64,000 nt of DNA from Eledone cirrhosa. Taxonomy: Eukaryota. Below the pieces are notes generated by a model, which searched no databases, had not been told where the DNA came from, and saw nothing but the letters and a program-made list of their open reading frames with translations. Below, piece after piece: positions 25,719 through 42,706 of the stretch (the stretch's first letter is position 1; the number at the start of each line of letters is the position of its first letter). The stretch covers positions 99,944,001 to 100,008,000 of the forward strand of contig OZ024740.1 in NCBI GenBank assembly GCA_964016885.1. The letters run 5' to 3'. The position numbers and the translations under genes are program-made.

Positions 25719-27639
25719 TCAATGTAATCTATAGTAATAAATGGAATATGTCTGCAGGGCTTTCTAGCTTGAGGAAATACAACTATTTTACTTAGTTATT
25801 AAAGTAAATAAACTGCAAAATGAAATGTCATAACAAGTTCGTATTGTTTTCCTGCCACAAACGAAAATGTGTATTTTTATTATAAGCAATTCACTACATG
25901 TTGTGCTACTAGAATAGAGCAATGGAATATCCAAGAGTTGATAAGAAATGTTTTATTTGAGAATTGGTATGAGTTTCAATCTCATAAAACTTTGCTGTGT
26001 TGGGCTGTTTCAAACATGCCTCTATTTATTATTAGTTCATATCCCATCTAGGCTTAATTAAGATAGTATGTCACCATTTTGTAGAGATTTTCAGTGTGAC
26101 CATCATGATCATAATTTCTTCCATATATCTACATACATGAAACTCACATATCCAAGATTCAATGAAAGTCTCCCCAACGTCCCCAATACCTGATTCAAAG
26201 ACTACAACCCCAAGACAAACAGAAGAAACAAGAGCAGACATCCTTAATTAGTCAACAGTTCTCAATAATTCCAAATATCGATACATGTCATCAAACTTTG
26301 GTACTTAATTGGTACTCTCTTTTCTCAATACTAGAATGATAAAAGGAAGCGTTGACCCTACCTGAAATAACGAATTTCTAAAATCTAATCTCTCACTCTA
26401 CCATAACTGCTTTTCACCACACTCTCTGCAAATTCCACAAAGTCAAATAAACCCTGGCATGGTTTCAACTCAAAGTCATAAATAACTACATATTTCCATC
26501 CCTTGCCTCCAACAATAATAATAGCAATAATAAACTACTTTAGTGGGGGAGAGACAACCCAGCTTGGTGTTAGGAATCTCCAAAATAAAACAGATGTAGA
26601 ATGTGGACAGAACTCTTAGTCTAGTAAGAAAAATACTAAAGTACTTCCATTATGTCAAACACTCTGATTAAGTAGTAGGCAATAGGAAGCACACCAAATT
26701 CTTTAAAAAATAAATACTATTAAATCTAATATGAAAGACAGAAATATCTATAAATCTAAGGAAGTGCCTAAATTTGTAGATGTATAAGATCTATGCTCGA
26801 AAAGTAGATTCAAAAATAAACTCAGAAAAAAGAAACTTTGTTGACATCTAAAGACTTGGAAAATATCTGTGATTAATGACAACCAGGCATGAGCATAAAT
26901 TAACGTAAAGATATTAATGCCTTTAGCTGATTATCTAGCTCTCTCTCTAAAATGCAGTTGTAGTTCACGCAAAGAATATATATCTCAAGGGTGTTTGCTA
27001 TTTCAAAGACTGAGTAAATCTTGACAGTTATGATTTATGAGAATAATGGATTGGCTAAATTGTATTTGTAGTTTTAGAATTTTAATACAATATCTTGTAG
27101 CTACTGAAAGTGTTTCTTTACTGAAGGCTTTCAGTATTTTCGAGTAGAATTGAAATCTTTTATCCGGGTTGATAAGAATGAGATTATTTAAAGATATCTG
27201 TAAGATATTTTATATATTTATTTATTCATTTGTTTGTTTATATAGAGAAAATGGCTGCTTCTATTATCAACATAGACTGTAAGTTTACAAATAAATATTG
27301 GTTTAAGTTTTTGCTTCTTACAAGTACTGGCTGAAGTATTCAGAGAGATATTCAGACAACAAATGAGCTTCAGGTTCTTCAGTCATATTGATACTAAGAT
27401 TGTCTTTGTGGTTGTTGAATAAGGCCATTGCATAACTTCCTGAGAAAAGGCACAAGTTAGACGATCTTGTGAAGGAGATTTCTATTGCCAATCAACTTGG
27501 GAGAAATAGCAACCAAATTGCAATATAAATAATAAGTACTCTCTTAGTAAAGGAAGGAATTTGATAATGTAGTAAGTCCTAGATGCAATATGTTTGGAAG
27601 ATATATACACAAACACACACGCACATATATATATATATA

Positions 27640-27826
27640 ATTGTTTCTACAATAGGCACAAGGCCAGCAATTATTCCAGTGTATTACTGGTACTTTATTT
27701 TATCGACCCTGTTAGGATGAAAGGCAAAGTTAACCTCGACGGGATTTGAACTCAGAATGGCAAGGGCCGTAACTCTATGCGTCAAAGCATGGCGTCCGAC
27801 CCTCTACCGATACTGCCAATTCACCA
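27640..27826 (-). mobile_element. tRNA-derived SINE (family A)
   Basis: Near-identical to 4560-4746. Confidence 0.8.
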
Positions 27827-27969
27827 TTTATATAATAAATGTAATCTGAGTTTATCGAGTATTAATAATAACATTCGATTCGTTTGCAATTATGCAAACA
27901 AGCCTCAATTTTATAGCCATGTCAGTAGAATGAACACTTCATTCTTGCTCTTATATTGGCATGCGAACA

Positions 27970-28019
27970 GAACTGCAGACACTAATGTTTCTGGGCATCA
28001 CCCTTCATCAGTACAGCTC
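27970..28019 (-). ncRNA. Type I hammerhead ribozyme
   Basis: GAGCTGTA-CTGATGA-AGGG TGATG CCCA-GAAA-CATTAGTG-TC-TGCAGTTC; 8-bp stem I, GUC site. Confidence 0.8.
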
Positions 28020-28224
28020 ACTGTTCACCTGACAAACTGTCAGAGCTAGTGAAAATATATGCTATTTTCAAAAATACACAGTGACTGATCGGCCTGATTT
28101 GTATATTTGCATATCAGTGGATCTGCTAATATGCATATCTGACTCATCATCGAGTCTGCTAATATGCAAATCAGGACGATCAGTCGAGAGATATCCCCAC
28201 TGTTATCCTTCTCTTCTCCCCTTT

Positions 28225-28823
28225 TGAACAACCTCACCTTGAAAATTGTTGTCCACTGTGGTCTGTCCACACGAAACAAAGCATCATGAAAGTTGAAGCA
28301 CTCCAAAGATCGATTACAAAAAAGATAGATGGCATGACAAGCCTTGACTATTTGAGTCGATTAGAAAAGCTCAACCTTTATTCTCTCCAATGTCGCCGTG
28401 AGCGCTACATTATCTGCATGATGTGGAAAATATTCCATCAGTTTTGTCCAAATGATGTTGGCATCACCTTTAATGTACACCCAAGGCTTGTGCCCCGTGC
28501 TATCTGCCCACGACAAAAATCTCAATCGCATCTCATAACAACAATATGGCACAATTATTTCACCTCAATTGGCGCGCTTCTCTTTAACATTACACCAAAA
28601 CATATTAAAACAGAAACAGACCCCATCAACTTCAAGAAGTCTTGGGACAAATTCCTTCAAGAAATCCCGGATAAGCCTCCTACACCTGGATATGCCTCCG
28701 TAAACAATAACTCTCTTCTCCAGTGGGCCATCATGGTGCCCCAACCATCATTTGTGAGACTTTGCCAGGTGGTGCTATTAAGTTAGACATGCCTGGGCCA
28801 ATACTGGCCAAAACCTATCAAAG

Positions 28824-28825
<2 letters not shown>
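28225..28825 (+). mobile_element. CR1/L2-group LINE 3' end
   Basis: HLENCCPLWS..KVEALQRSITKKI.G...RLEKLNLYSLQCRRERY..G..LFN..P...FKK..DKFL..IPD.P. Confidence 0.85.
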
Positions 28826-28865
<40 letters not shown>

Positions 28866-28869
28866 CTTT

Positions 28870-29120
28870 GATGTGATGCAGATAGGATGACAACGAAGAA
28901 TCAGTAAGGATCGACTATCGTTAAATCGGACCGAGGAAATACAGTTTCTATTGGTCTTACCAGTTGCTAATACTACCTATCGGTCACAACTCCAGGTAGA
29001 AGGAACAACGTGAAATAAAGTGTGTTGCTCAAGGACACAACGCATCATCCAGTCTGGGAATCAAACTCACAACGTCATGATTGTGAATGCAATTCTCTAA
29101 TCACTCAGCCACACGCCTTC
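28870..29120 (-). mobile_element. tRNA-headed SINE-like repeat (family C)
   Basis: GAAGGCGTGTGGCTGAG..GAGTTTGATTCCC head, CCTTGAGCAACACAC body; second copy at 34597-34805 (+). Confidence 0.7.
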
Positions 29121-29121
29121 A

Positions 29122-29172
<51 letters not shown>

Positions 29173-31097
29173 AAGAAAAAAAGATTAAATCGAAAATGCA
29201 ACTGGAGTCTTATTTTTAAAAATATATATATATTTATTTGGTTCCTTTACCGGTTTCGCAGTTCTTCTGCGTTTCAAAAGAAGAGTTGAGATGGAGGGTC
29301 TGTGGTTTTTCACACACACACACACATATATATATATCACAAAAAAAAGAGAATCAGTGTTGCGATGAAAGGAATTTATTTGACATATTACAAATGTTTC
29401 TCGGGCGACCAGCTCGGTGACCGAAAATCTAGCAGCTTCTACCCCGGTCGGCCGCCTTAGTCTACATCGGTCAAGTACACACCCGCAATTATGCTGTATC
29501 ATAAATAATGTTTTGCGGGAATGTTTTTAAAAAAGCCAATCATGGGGATATTTAGCGTAACATTTGTAGGACACAGCCTTATGATACACTCCGCCATACA
29601 TATTTCAAAAAGAAAAAGAAAAAGAAAGAACCTGTAGCGAGAACGTTTTAAAAAAAAAAACGTTTTTAAAAAGAAAGCTTTCAACATCCTTTCAAACGGA
29701 ATGGCTATATCAACGGTGTTTTCAGCAAATAGACCTAATTGTACACTCACACACTGGACTCAGGGGAGCGTGCGTAGCCAAGATGCCGCACACTTATATA
29801 GGCAGACGGGAAAAGAAAAATCCATGGAAAGTCATCCGTACCCCCACGCATACATGCTCAGACAAATACATCGACCCATGCATGCACATACCCGTGCTCA
29901 TGCATGTCTGTGTGGTCACACATACATACACGCACCCTCGTGCTCCCACACCGGATGCATATACTTGATGAATTCCGCCCCCCCCCCTCCAATCGTGCAC
30001 CCACGCGCCGCTACGCATATGGTGCACACAGTATGGTATGAGACAACGCATTTGAGGCCTTGACCCAACCTGATCACGTGGTGATGTGAGTCCGAGGGAG
30101 CCTGCACAATATGCCTAAATGTTACGGCAGCACAGTATCCCTGCACTAATCGCATATAGCGTGGGTGGCACATATATAAAAAAAATCCCTGTAGCTCATG
30201 ACATAAAATAATGAAATAGTATACAATGACAAAATAAAATAAGATAAAATACAATAAAATAAAATGCTGGAAAAAGAGGATGCATAAATGACAAGGATGC
30301 AGAGGGGACCGGGAATTACCAAGGTGTGCTTAAAGTTTCATACAATAGTTGTGGGCTGTGGTGCAAATGTTTATATGATATACATGGGGGCTGTTGGGCT
30401 AAGGCACTAGGTAGGAGCCTGCGCATGATGCAGGACTCGTTGCTTGTGGATAGGTGTGGTCCATGCGTGCGTGTAGAAACAAGTTATATATATTGTGGTT
30501 ATGTGTAACATCCATTTCATAAAAGTATATATGAGATGTGCATGGGTTTGGTGTATGAAATATAAAGGGTATGTGCTTCATAACAATACATATGGAATGC
30601 ACGTGGAGTGTATGTATAATGAAATGTGCCAGCGGAATGCGTTGTGTGCGTGTGTATATCGGCGGCATGGAACGACAAAATTAAAACTTGAAATCAAAAT
30701 AAAAATTGAAATTAAAATTAAAATTAACATCAACATTACAATTAGCTGTGATATTAACCTTAAGACCAGCATCATGTCCATCATCCAAGTAGCGGATTAA
30801 GCACCGCAAATCGAATATCGGAAATCAACAATTAAAAAATTTAAAAGTTTGAAAATTTAGAAATTTGAAAATTTAAAATCACACATATGTTTGTAGACCC
30901 AATCCTATTGTAATGAGTCGGCGTCCGCTTATTGGTGCTATTAGGGTGTTCTACGAGGTGGTCAACGTTTGAACTGTCACTGCTATCACATTGTGCTGTC
31001 TTGCATTCATATATATGCAGTGTTCAATTATGGTCCGCTGCATGCACTCCACCTGGTTTTGTGGTGCTGGTTGTGCGTTATGCAGATCAATCCGGTA

Positions 31098-32880
31098 TCA
31101 CCAGAGCGGAGTGTGTGCATTTACGTTGATGTCGGCATGCCTGATTATTTCAGACTTGAGGTTGACTGCGTCGCCCTTAAATGTTATTATCTCCATAGCC
31201 TCGGATAGGCATAACTTGCACTTCCTGTCTCCGGCTGAGTACCCATTCGCATGCTGAACAATACCCCCGCTGAGGTCGTATTCAATGCCATTGTCTTTGA
31301 GTCTCAAAACTAAGTCCGCCAATCTGTTCCTGTACTTGAACGAGCACTTGTGGTTGAACATCCTCGACTTAAAAGTCGTGGATGTAGCTCCGACGTATGT
31401 GTGGCTATAGTTGTGCGTGGTAACCACACATCTGTATACAACGCATGGGGCACTCCTCACAGACACGTCAGTTACATGTCCATGTATCATTTTTGTAACT
31501 CCCGTTATGTGGTCCTGGCGTCTTATTTGTGTTCTCACCGGTCCTCGAGTGGTACTCCGGCAGAGTAGTGGTCTCAATGTTCACCAACAGCTGGTCTCTG
31601 CTGGCAGGTCTGGGGCCCTCCGCAGCCGCGCGTCTGCCCCCAAGCACGTCCCCAGAACCATCATCCACTTCCGCGTGCTCTCCCCGCAGCTCACCCGGTG
31701 GGTCTGGTGCCTGATCGTTGCGCACATGAGGTGTCCTCAATTTCAACGCGTTGATCTTGGCCATGTAGTCCGCCATGTTGTGTGCCGTGAAAAATGAGAA
31801 ATTCACGGTGTGCCGATTGAAAATGTTGTTTTACCTCTGTGAAGCCGGGAAACATTCGTCCAATGCCCTGAAGAAGAGATCTGACACGTTAGCGCGTACA
31901 TGCTTCGAGTATGGTGCATTAAACCATTTGACGTTTATAGATCTATTTCTATTTCGTGGTCTGCTACTAGTGGTGCTTGCATTGTCAAGCTGCTCTCTCG
32001 GGTTAAGCCCTACTCCTAATTGACCCCCCATTCTTCTATGCATAGAACTATTACTTAAGTCTGTGGAATGGCCTTCGCTCTCTAAGTTGTTCTGGGCACG
32101 GTTTCTAGCCATATTTTCCGTCTCAGTCCCGCTACCCGAGTATCCTGGTGTATCATTGCTGTTACACTTAGTCTTGGTATTAGCCCTAGAGCTCCGGGCT
32201 GGGTTATTTACTTCACTATCTATGGTTTGCCCGTCCCGGTCCGTGGAGTTATTACTGTTCAGTCCGTATGTGTTGTGGTCCCTAGTGTTCCCGAGCTCCC
32301 TCAACTGTCTATGCGATGCGCAGTCATCATTGTCGAGTTTAATACTCCTATCTATACTGTTGGGTGTTTGCTTACGTTCAGGTTGTCTGCCCAAGTTATT
32401 ACTAGCGGTGTCTAGGTGTTTTTGTTACTCGCTATGCGGCCTGCCCCTGTCCAGGGTATACACTATGGCTTCTGTATACCCTGTCCTGCCCAGTGCCTCG
32501 TTGTAGTAGTCGGCGAGTTGATTGAACACATTCATATTGGCGGAGAGTGTGGATACACGGGTGGATACCCCCTTCACTATAGCGTCAATAACCGACTTGG
32601 GGTGGTTTGAGTGCCTGTTTACATACTGCAGGTTCTCGTTGGGCTTGTGATATGGTCGCTATAAGCCTGTATCCAGTTCCAAGGATACTTCTATGAAATT
32701 TACTGTCTTAGTGCTATTTTCTATTAGCACGGATAAGCCGTGCTGTTTAACGAAATGTGAGATGCGCTTCCACATGCGCTCCAGCTGGATAGAGTTTATT
32801 GAGCGGAAGGTAAATAGTGCGTCGTCTCTATATATCCCTCCGCCTATCCCTGGAATCTCCTCTGCTAACCTATGGAGCAT
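31098..32880 (-). mobile_element. Penelope-like element (Naiad-like), 5'-truncated: RT C-terminus + GIY-YIG
   Basis: GIYRDDAL, VNFIEV.L, WFNAPYSKHV, CN*R..CP, VYRC..YVGAT.TTFKSR..NH..SF, CKLCLSE; AC-rich 3' UTR likely continues to ~29200. Confidence 0.88.
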
Positions 32881-33454
32881 TCATTTCAATCGTTCTGTTC
32901 ATAGTGTTTGGCAGTAATATATATACTGGTTGGATGCCCTTGCTAAAACCGGCAACACTTTACAGCATAGACTTACATACATATATACATATATATATGG
33001 TGGCTGCCAACTCGTTTTCGAGTACGGCCACTACCTTATATCCATGTAGGAGAACCCCTACCGATGCGCTAAACAAGTGTGACTTTTTAATCCAGCCAGC
33101 GACTTGAAAACTCTGGTACAAACACTACAGCTGTGACAATTATTGACACATGATGCTGGGCCCATGGCACCATGTGACGACAAGTGCAGAGAGATCTCCA
33201 TATATAAAGCAATGCCTGTGCCGTGAAGCTTTTATAGTGAGCAAAGGCACTGCACAAAGCCAGTCCCACTCTCTTAACCAAGATGATATTTACCAAAAAG
33301 AAGAACAAGTCAACATAATTGGATACCATCAGGGTTGCAGGTGTTATATCAGAGTTTTCCTTCTCCTAGAATTCTGCCTTAACAAAGGCTAAGGGGTCAT
33401 CTCTCCCGGTGATATTGGATGGCCATTGACTCTTATACATATATACATACATAT

Positions 33455-33497
<43 letters not shown>

Positions 33498-33508
33498 TAT
33501 ATAAACAC

Positions 33509-33551
<43 letters not shown>

Positions 33552-33556
33552 AACAA

Positions 33557-33618
<62 letters not shown>

Positions 33619-33667
33619 TTATATATATATAATATAAGATCAAAAGATGGTTAAAAGAGTTTCATGC

Positions 33668-33737
33668 ATTTTATTATGCGCATTTCAAAAACAAATATCA
33701 TCATGCGATGATACTTGCATTCTCATCAGATAAAATA
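33668..33737 (-). ncRNA. Type I hammerhead ribozyme (family of 12463)
   Basis: ATTTTAT-CTGATGA-stem II-GAAA-TGCGCA-TA-ATAAAAT. Confidence 0.8.
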
Positions 33738-33764
33738 GGGAGACATGATATGAAGTTTAAAAAA

Positions 33765-33918
33765 CACTTGCGAGCAGTGAAGTGTTAAATCTACATATGA
33801 AAAATAAAATAAGATGGATATATGAGATTGGGAAAAAAAAAGAAGGAAGGGGGAAGGAAAAGGTAAGGAAGAGGAAGAAAGAAAATAAAGGATGACGGGG
33901 GAGGAGTATACATATATT

Positions 33919-33955
<37 letters not shown>

Positions 33956-33999
33956 ATACATATATATATATATGTATATATACTTATATATATATATAC

Positions 34000-34059
<60 letters not shown>

Positions 34060-34098
34060 GTATATATATATATAAGTATATATACATATATATATATG

Positions 34099-34146
<48 letters not shown>

Positions 34147-34296
34147 AATATATGTATACTCCTCCCCCGTCATCCTTTATTTTCTTTCTTCCTCTTCCTT
34201 ACCTTTTCCTTCCCCCTTCCTTCTTTTTTTTCCCAATCTCATATATCCATCTTATTTTATTTTTCATATGTAGATTTAACACTTCATTGCTCGCAA

Positions 34297-34300
<4 letters not shown>
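33765..34300. repeat. Near-perfect ~535-bp palindrome centred on a TA-rich tract
   Basis: ~33765-33915 is the reverse complement of ~34150-34300, and interior TA interruptions are mirrored. Confidence 0.92.
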
Positions 34301-34355
<55 letters not shown>

Positions 34356-34545
34356 GAATTAGTATATCTACCAACATATGTATACAGATGCATACCTATG
34401 CTAGCAAATATATAGGTCTAGTCTTAGTAACTTTGTAGTTCAATGCAAGGGGATGCAGAACAATTATATGAAAGACGTAAAATAAGAGAATTATGAAAAA
34501 TTGACTTACTTACTAAAATTTTTCACAATTCTCTTATTTTACGTC

Positions 34546-34595
<50 letters not shown>

Positions 34596-34596
34596 G

Positions 34597-34805
34597 GTGA
34601 AGGCGTGTGGCTGAGAGAATTGCATTCATAATCATGACGTTATAAATTTGATTCCCAGACAGGATGATGCGTTATGTGGTTGAGCAACACACTTTATTTC
34701 ACGTTGTTCCTTCTACCTGGAGTTGTGACCGATAGATAGTATTAGCGATTGGAAAGACCAATGGAAACTTTGTTTCCTCGGTCCGATCTAATGAAATTCG
34801 ATCGA
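34597..34805 (+). mobile_element. tRNA-headed SINE-like repeat (family C)
   Basis: Homologous to 28870-29120. Confidence 0.7.
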
Positions 34806-34849
34806 CTGTCGATATATATATATATATACATGTCGATATATATATATAT

Positions 34850-35345
34850 GAGGATTGCAGCATCTTCACAGACTATTGCCGTCTCTTATTGATTCTTCAT
34901 TATCATCCTATCTGCATCCATGACTTCATAGAGGATTTTGTAGGCCAGCTGTAGATCTGCTAGGTTTATGACACAGGTGACAGAAGAGAGTTGTGCTTTC
35001 CACAGGACCGGTGGTGTCACCCTGTTGGACACAATCTTTATGTACCAGCATGTGTTATATTAAACCGGAACTTGTTCTACACACTTTGTTGCATATCACA
35101 CACGTTGTTTTGCCAGGTCTTTGTTGAGTAGTGTTGCGGGTGGTTATCCTTTCATGTGACTTCAGCTGATTAACATATCCAGCCTTTGAGAGGAGTAGAC
35201 GCTGACCTGACATAAATTGCAAGTCCAACTACTGCTGACTTCATCAAGTCTGTGAGCACAGCCCTTCAGGAGGTGACGCTTCAGTTGTTTATGTTCGAGA
35301 CGACATTCCTCAAAAGTTTCGCTATCATCTTCAGTTAAGGTCATA
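34850..35345 (-). mobile_element. LINE 3' end (RTE-like) with three degenerate C2H2 zinc fingers
   Basis: FEE.RLEHKQLKR..K, CNLC..SKAGYVN..KSH, CVICNKVCRTSSGL.*HMLVH, CHLCHKPSRSTAGL...SH; ends at a TA tract. Confidence 0.6.
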
Positions 35346-35593
35346 AAACTATCAAGTTTCTATATCCCAATAGCTGCAAAAGACACTGGACATCAATCAA
35401 ATCTGTAGAAATACAGTCGGTCACAGTTAATGTGAGTGGGTACACACACACTCAACACCTACACACACCGACTCGAGGTCAGAGAAAAAATATATATACA
35501 CATACCAACACAGTATCAAATCTGTAGAACTATCGACGGTCACAATTAGTGTGAGTGGGTACACACACACTCTCACACACACTGAAGCGATGT

Positions 35594-35725
35594 CAAAGAA
35601 AAAAATAATAAGTATAAGAATATACCAACATAGTATTCAAAGAAAAAATAATAAATATAAGAATATACCAACATAGCATTCAAAGAAAAAATAATAAATA
35701 TAAGAATATACCAACATAGCATTCA
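35594..35725. repeat. 43-bp tandem repeat x3
   Basis: CAAAGAAAAAATAATAAATATAAGAATATACCAACATAGCATT repeated. Confidence 0.9.
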
Positions 35726-36749
35726 CCTAAAGTTAATTTACAAAACAACAAATGCTACATTGGTTAAATCTCAATTTGACGATGTAAATTGGAAATATTA
35801 GGTCAACCACACAAGCAAGTAAGATCAGTTCAGTGTTCTGCTATACGTGTATAGAATTGAATTGTAAAATCCGTATCTTCAAATAGTGTATGTTATGGTA
35901 TATACACATCCGTATCGTCCAAAAAAGTGTATGTCTAGGTATATACACATCCATGTCAAGAGCAAGCAATCAGCTCATTTCGAACTCAGTATGTACGGCT
36001 GTCCCATTGAGAATCCGAGTACCCAAAACTGTGCGTGCAAGCAACCGCTATGTAGGCCAGCAAGGGGCTCTGTGTAGGGTTGGGTATTTGGATTAAGGTG
36101 TCAGTAAATGCGATTTACCGTCATAATGGCCCTTGGGCTTTTAAGATAGGTGTTTGAGTGGTGGAGGTGTGTTATCCAACACAAAAAGTAAAGTAAAATA
36201 ACAAAGGATAGCAAAACCCAGAGGATGTGTGTAGGTCCATTAATGGTGTGTAAGTATTATTGTTCAATCCGTAACCGTGAGCACACCATTGTTACATGAT
36301 CACTGATCAAAACCTAGTGAAGTGTTCAATCGGTAGGAACGTGACCAGTCATAACTGTGGGAACTCAATGTCTAAAGAAAACGGGTACTGTGTGTAGAGT
36401 TAAGTATAGTGAGCATAATCGGTCTTAACTTAGTGTGCAATACGTCTAGCTATATCCCAACCGAGAGAACTCAATGGTTAGGGTATCTTAAAGTAAAGAT
36501 AAATGCGCGTAATCGGTCTTTCCTCAGTGTGTAATCATTTTAAGTATTTACTAACTAGGTATTCTGTGTGTGTAATCATTCTAACTATTTACTAACTAGG
36601 TATTCTAAAGTGCACTCAGCTGTGAGAACTCTGTGGAAACAGGCCGAGTACCGTTTGTGTGTGCGCAAACGATCTTAGCTGTCTAACTACCTGAGTGTGT
36701 GATTTTCAGTTTATTGATAAACTGACATAAACATAAATGAACTCCAACC

Positions 36750-37140
36750 AAAATTAAATGGAAAAAATGAATGGAATAGCAACATCACAACTTACAATTA
36801 AAGACAAAATGAAAACACATAGAACAAACATCCAACCAGTTACATGTAAATAAACAAATAAATAAACAAATAAAAACACACAGAGACACCCGGATGTAAC
36901 ACATGCGCAAACTAAGCACACAACACACACAAAAAGGACAGAACAAGGGAGAGGCACAAAACAAAGAAAAGAATCACTGAAGAGGTCACAGAATGTGTGA
37001 CGAAAGAACTTTGACAATATATGAACAATCGCCCGGTTGTGGAAGCAACCAACCAACCGGAAATTTATACATTTTTAAAATTTATAAATTTAATTTATAA
37101 TAAATTGGAGTGAAAGCAACTGGTGACCCTCCCAATGTAT

Positions 37141-37146
<6 letters not shown>
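36750..37146 (+). repeat. Dispersed repeat, probable PLE 3'-end remnant
   Basis: Homologous to both arms of 59471-60272 and weakly to ~58090-58230; ends at (TA)n. Confidence 0.65.
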
Positions 37147-37195
<49 letters not shown>

Positions 37196-37613
37196 AATAT
37201 ATATAAAGAGAGAGAGTGAGAGAGAGAGAGGGGTTAACATACTCACTGCATTTGATAATAAAAAATAAAAGAAGAAGCTAATTAAACAAGCTATTAGATA
37301 GAATTTAATTAGTGAAGCACTTGTAAAGATGTCAGATTTTATTGGAAATACGTAATTGCCCTGTAAGTGCCGGATTATGTTTAATTATAAGACAATATTT
37401 ATTGATCTTTGTAATATTTTATGTGGTAATTATAATTTCTGCCATATTGATATATGTCTACATGTGTGTGTCCGTGTGAAAGAGAGATAGGGGTAGAGAG
37501 GAAAGTGAAAGTGAGTGTACGTAACGTATAAATTATATATATATATATATATACAATATATAGAGTTATATACTCATGTATTAGTGTTTATCATATATTA
37601 ATTTATATTAACT

Positions 37614-40481
<2,868 letters not shown>

Positions 40482-40499
40482 TTGTGTATGTGTGTGTTA

Positions 40500-40582
<83 letters not shown>

Positions 40583-40592
40583 TATATATATG

Positions 40593-40639
<47 letters not shown>

Positions 40640-40647
<8 letters not shown>

Positions 40648-42565
40648 GTATCCACTGTAAGTGGAATGAGAACCTTACGTATATCAACTTTAACTCTAAC
40701 CACCCACTCTCCATGATTAAATCAGTTCCCCGGAGTATTTCTCTTAGAATCTCTCGCCTATCGTCTAACTCTGATATTTTTAGTGAACACGCTGAATACT
40801 ACAATAATGCATTAAGGAATGCTGACCACCGGGATACAATAGAATACTTTGATAGGAATTTCCATAACACACATAGCTCTACACGAAATCAAGGAATACG
40901 TAACCGGGGGACTAAAATACAAGCACACACACACAGTACTACCAGACATACTAATAATAGAAAATCACCACCAAATAAATCACGTTGTAGAAAGTATATC
41001 TGGTACAATCCTATTTTTAATGCCTCGATTAGTACAAAACTATCTCTTTCATTCTTTAAGTTAATCAACAAACACTTCCCTAGTTCCCATAAATACAGCA
41101 AAATTCTGAACTCTAAAACTATTAGACTATCATACTCCACTGCACCAAATCTTGAAGCATACATAAAAAAAACTTAACTTAAGGCAATTAAACAACTCTA
41201 CAAAACAAAACATTTTAGTAACAGATGGGCAGAACGCGATATCTGCCTCCCAACCACTAAATGGGAGACGGGTATTACACAACCCACCTGTACCACTATC
41301 ACAACCTATCCATGGTATACCCGCTACCCACAACAAAGAATGTAACTGCCATCTACCTGAAAGATGTCCATTGAAGAATGAATGCCTAAAGTCCAACATT
41401 GTTTACCAATGCACGGTTGAATCGAACGACCAGAAATGGTATTATATCGGATCTACCACCACCTCGGTTAAATCTCGCTGATACCGTCATCGATTCTCAA
41501 TCAAACATCCTAATCACCGTTTTGTGACCACGCTCGCCAACAAGACCTGGCAACTCCGTGAACACAACCAACAGTTCACCTTAAAATGGGATATACTTTC
41601 CAGCGCAAGTGCATATCGGAGTGGATTGAAGTACTGCAGGTTATGTAACCTTGAGCTCTTCTACATATTAAAATCCAAAAACAAACTACTTAACGATAGA
41701 ATTGAACGATCATTATACTGCAACCACAAACTAAAAGCTAAATTCTCTCACTATAAAATAACTTAACATTCGAACCCGTAACTATAACACCGCTTTCTAG
41801 CTAACCACCTTCTCTTCCCCTCATACTACAAGACAATACACTGCTTATCACTATAAATGGTAACTCAGTGCAATTCCTAGATTACTACTACAAACCCAAA
41901 GTTCACTCACCACACAAACTTCGTCTGTCCCCTCTCTACCTCTCTCTCTACATCCATTACACTCTCTGTCTCTCGCCTTTGGCCTACCTCCCTCTCAACA
42001 TCTATGAACCTGCCCTCTGGGGCAATAAATAATTCCGACCTTAACTATCAACGCATCTCTCCAAAAGTAACCAGTATAATAAAACCCCTACCATAACATT
42101 TTGATTAAGATATCTACAAACCACTCTCTCCTACTTCTCAAACCTCTGCATATCTTTCTCTCTCTCACCCTCTCCCCCACTTTTCTCTCTTCCTTTTCTA
42201 CTCTATCTTACCCAACAACCCCACTTAAGGGTATTTAAATTGTACATTTTACCATTCTGCTCTGAGGAAACAGTGGTCACAGCATTGGATATTTGAGTTC
42301 TGCAAGTACTTGTGAATTTGCACATAGCATAACTAGGCTGTAGTACCACCGTGGAAACACTTGTAAGCACACGGAATAAATTACCTTTTTATGATGTCTA
42401 CCTGTTATTATTCATTCTTTATATACACTCCGGAATACAGAAGGATCAGGAACTAAGTTTCTTCAACAATTCTTCCATAACTCGTAGAGTACCCTCTTAC
42501 CGTACGTCAACCATATCCAGTGTAGTAATTAACCATTACTACATCTTGGATAATACTATACCTAA
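40640..42565 (+). mobile_element. Penelope-like element, 5'-truncated (thumb, GIY-YIG, 3' UTR, pLTR)
   Basis: [51 protein letters not shown]; flanked by TA tracts. Confidence 0.9.
42258..42369 (+). ncRNA. Type I hammerhead ribozyme in pLTR
   Basis: TGCT-CTGAGGA-long stem II-GAAA-CACTTG-TA-AGCA. Confidence 0.7.
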
Positions 42566-42667
42566 TATATATAAATATATGTACATATATATATGTATAT
42601 ATATATATATGTATATATATATAAATATATGTATATATATATATATATATAAATATATGTATGTACG

Positions 42668-42702
<35 letters not shown>

Positions 42703-42706
<4 letters not shown>

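Noticed and set aside
29380-29475. Hammerhead for the 31098 PLE (minus strand GAAA-CATTTG-TA)
   Set aside because: The 5' core is unrecognisable (CCGATGT) and the stem I register is inconsistent.
32990-33425. GC-richer island between TA tracts, possible recombinase fragment
   Set aside because: No convincing catalytic motif; left unclassified.
41478-41484. In-frame TGA in the 40640 PLE as selenocysteine
   Set aside because: It falls in KSR*YRH, most likely a Trp codon mutated to a stop, not a conserved Cys position.
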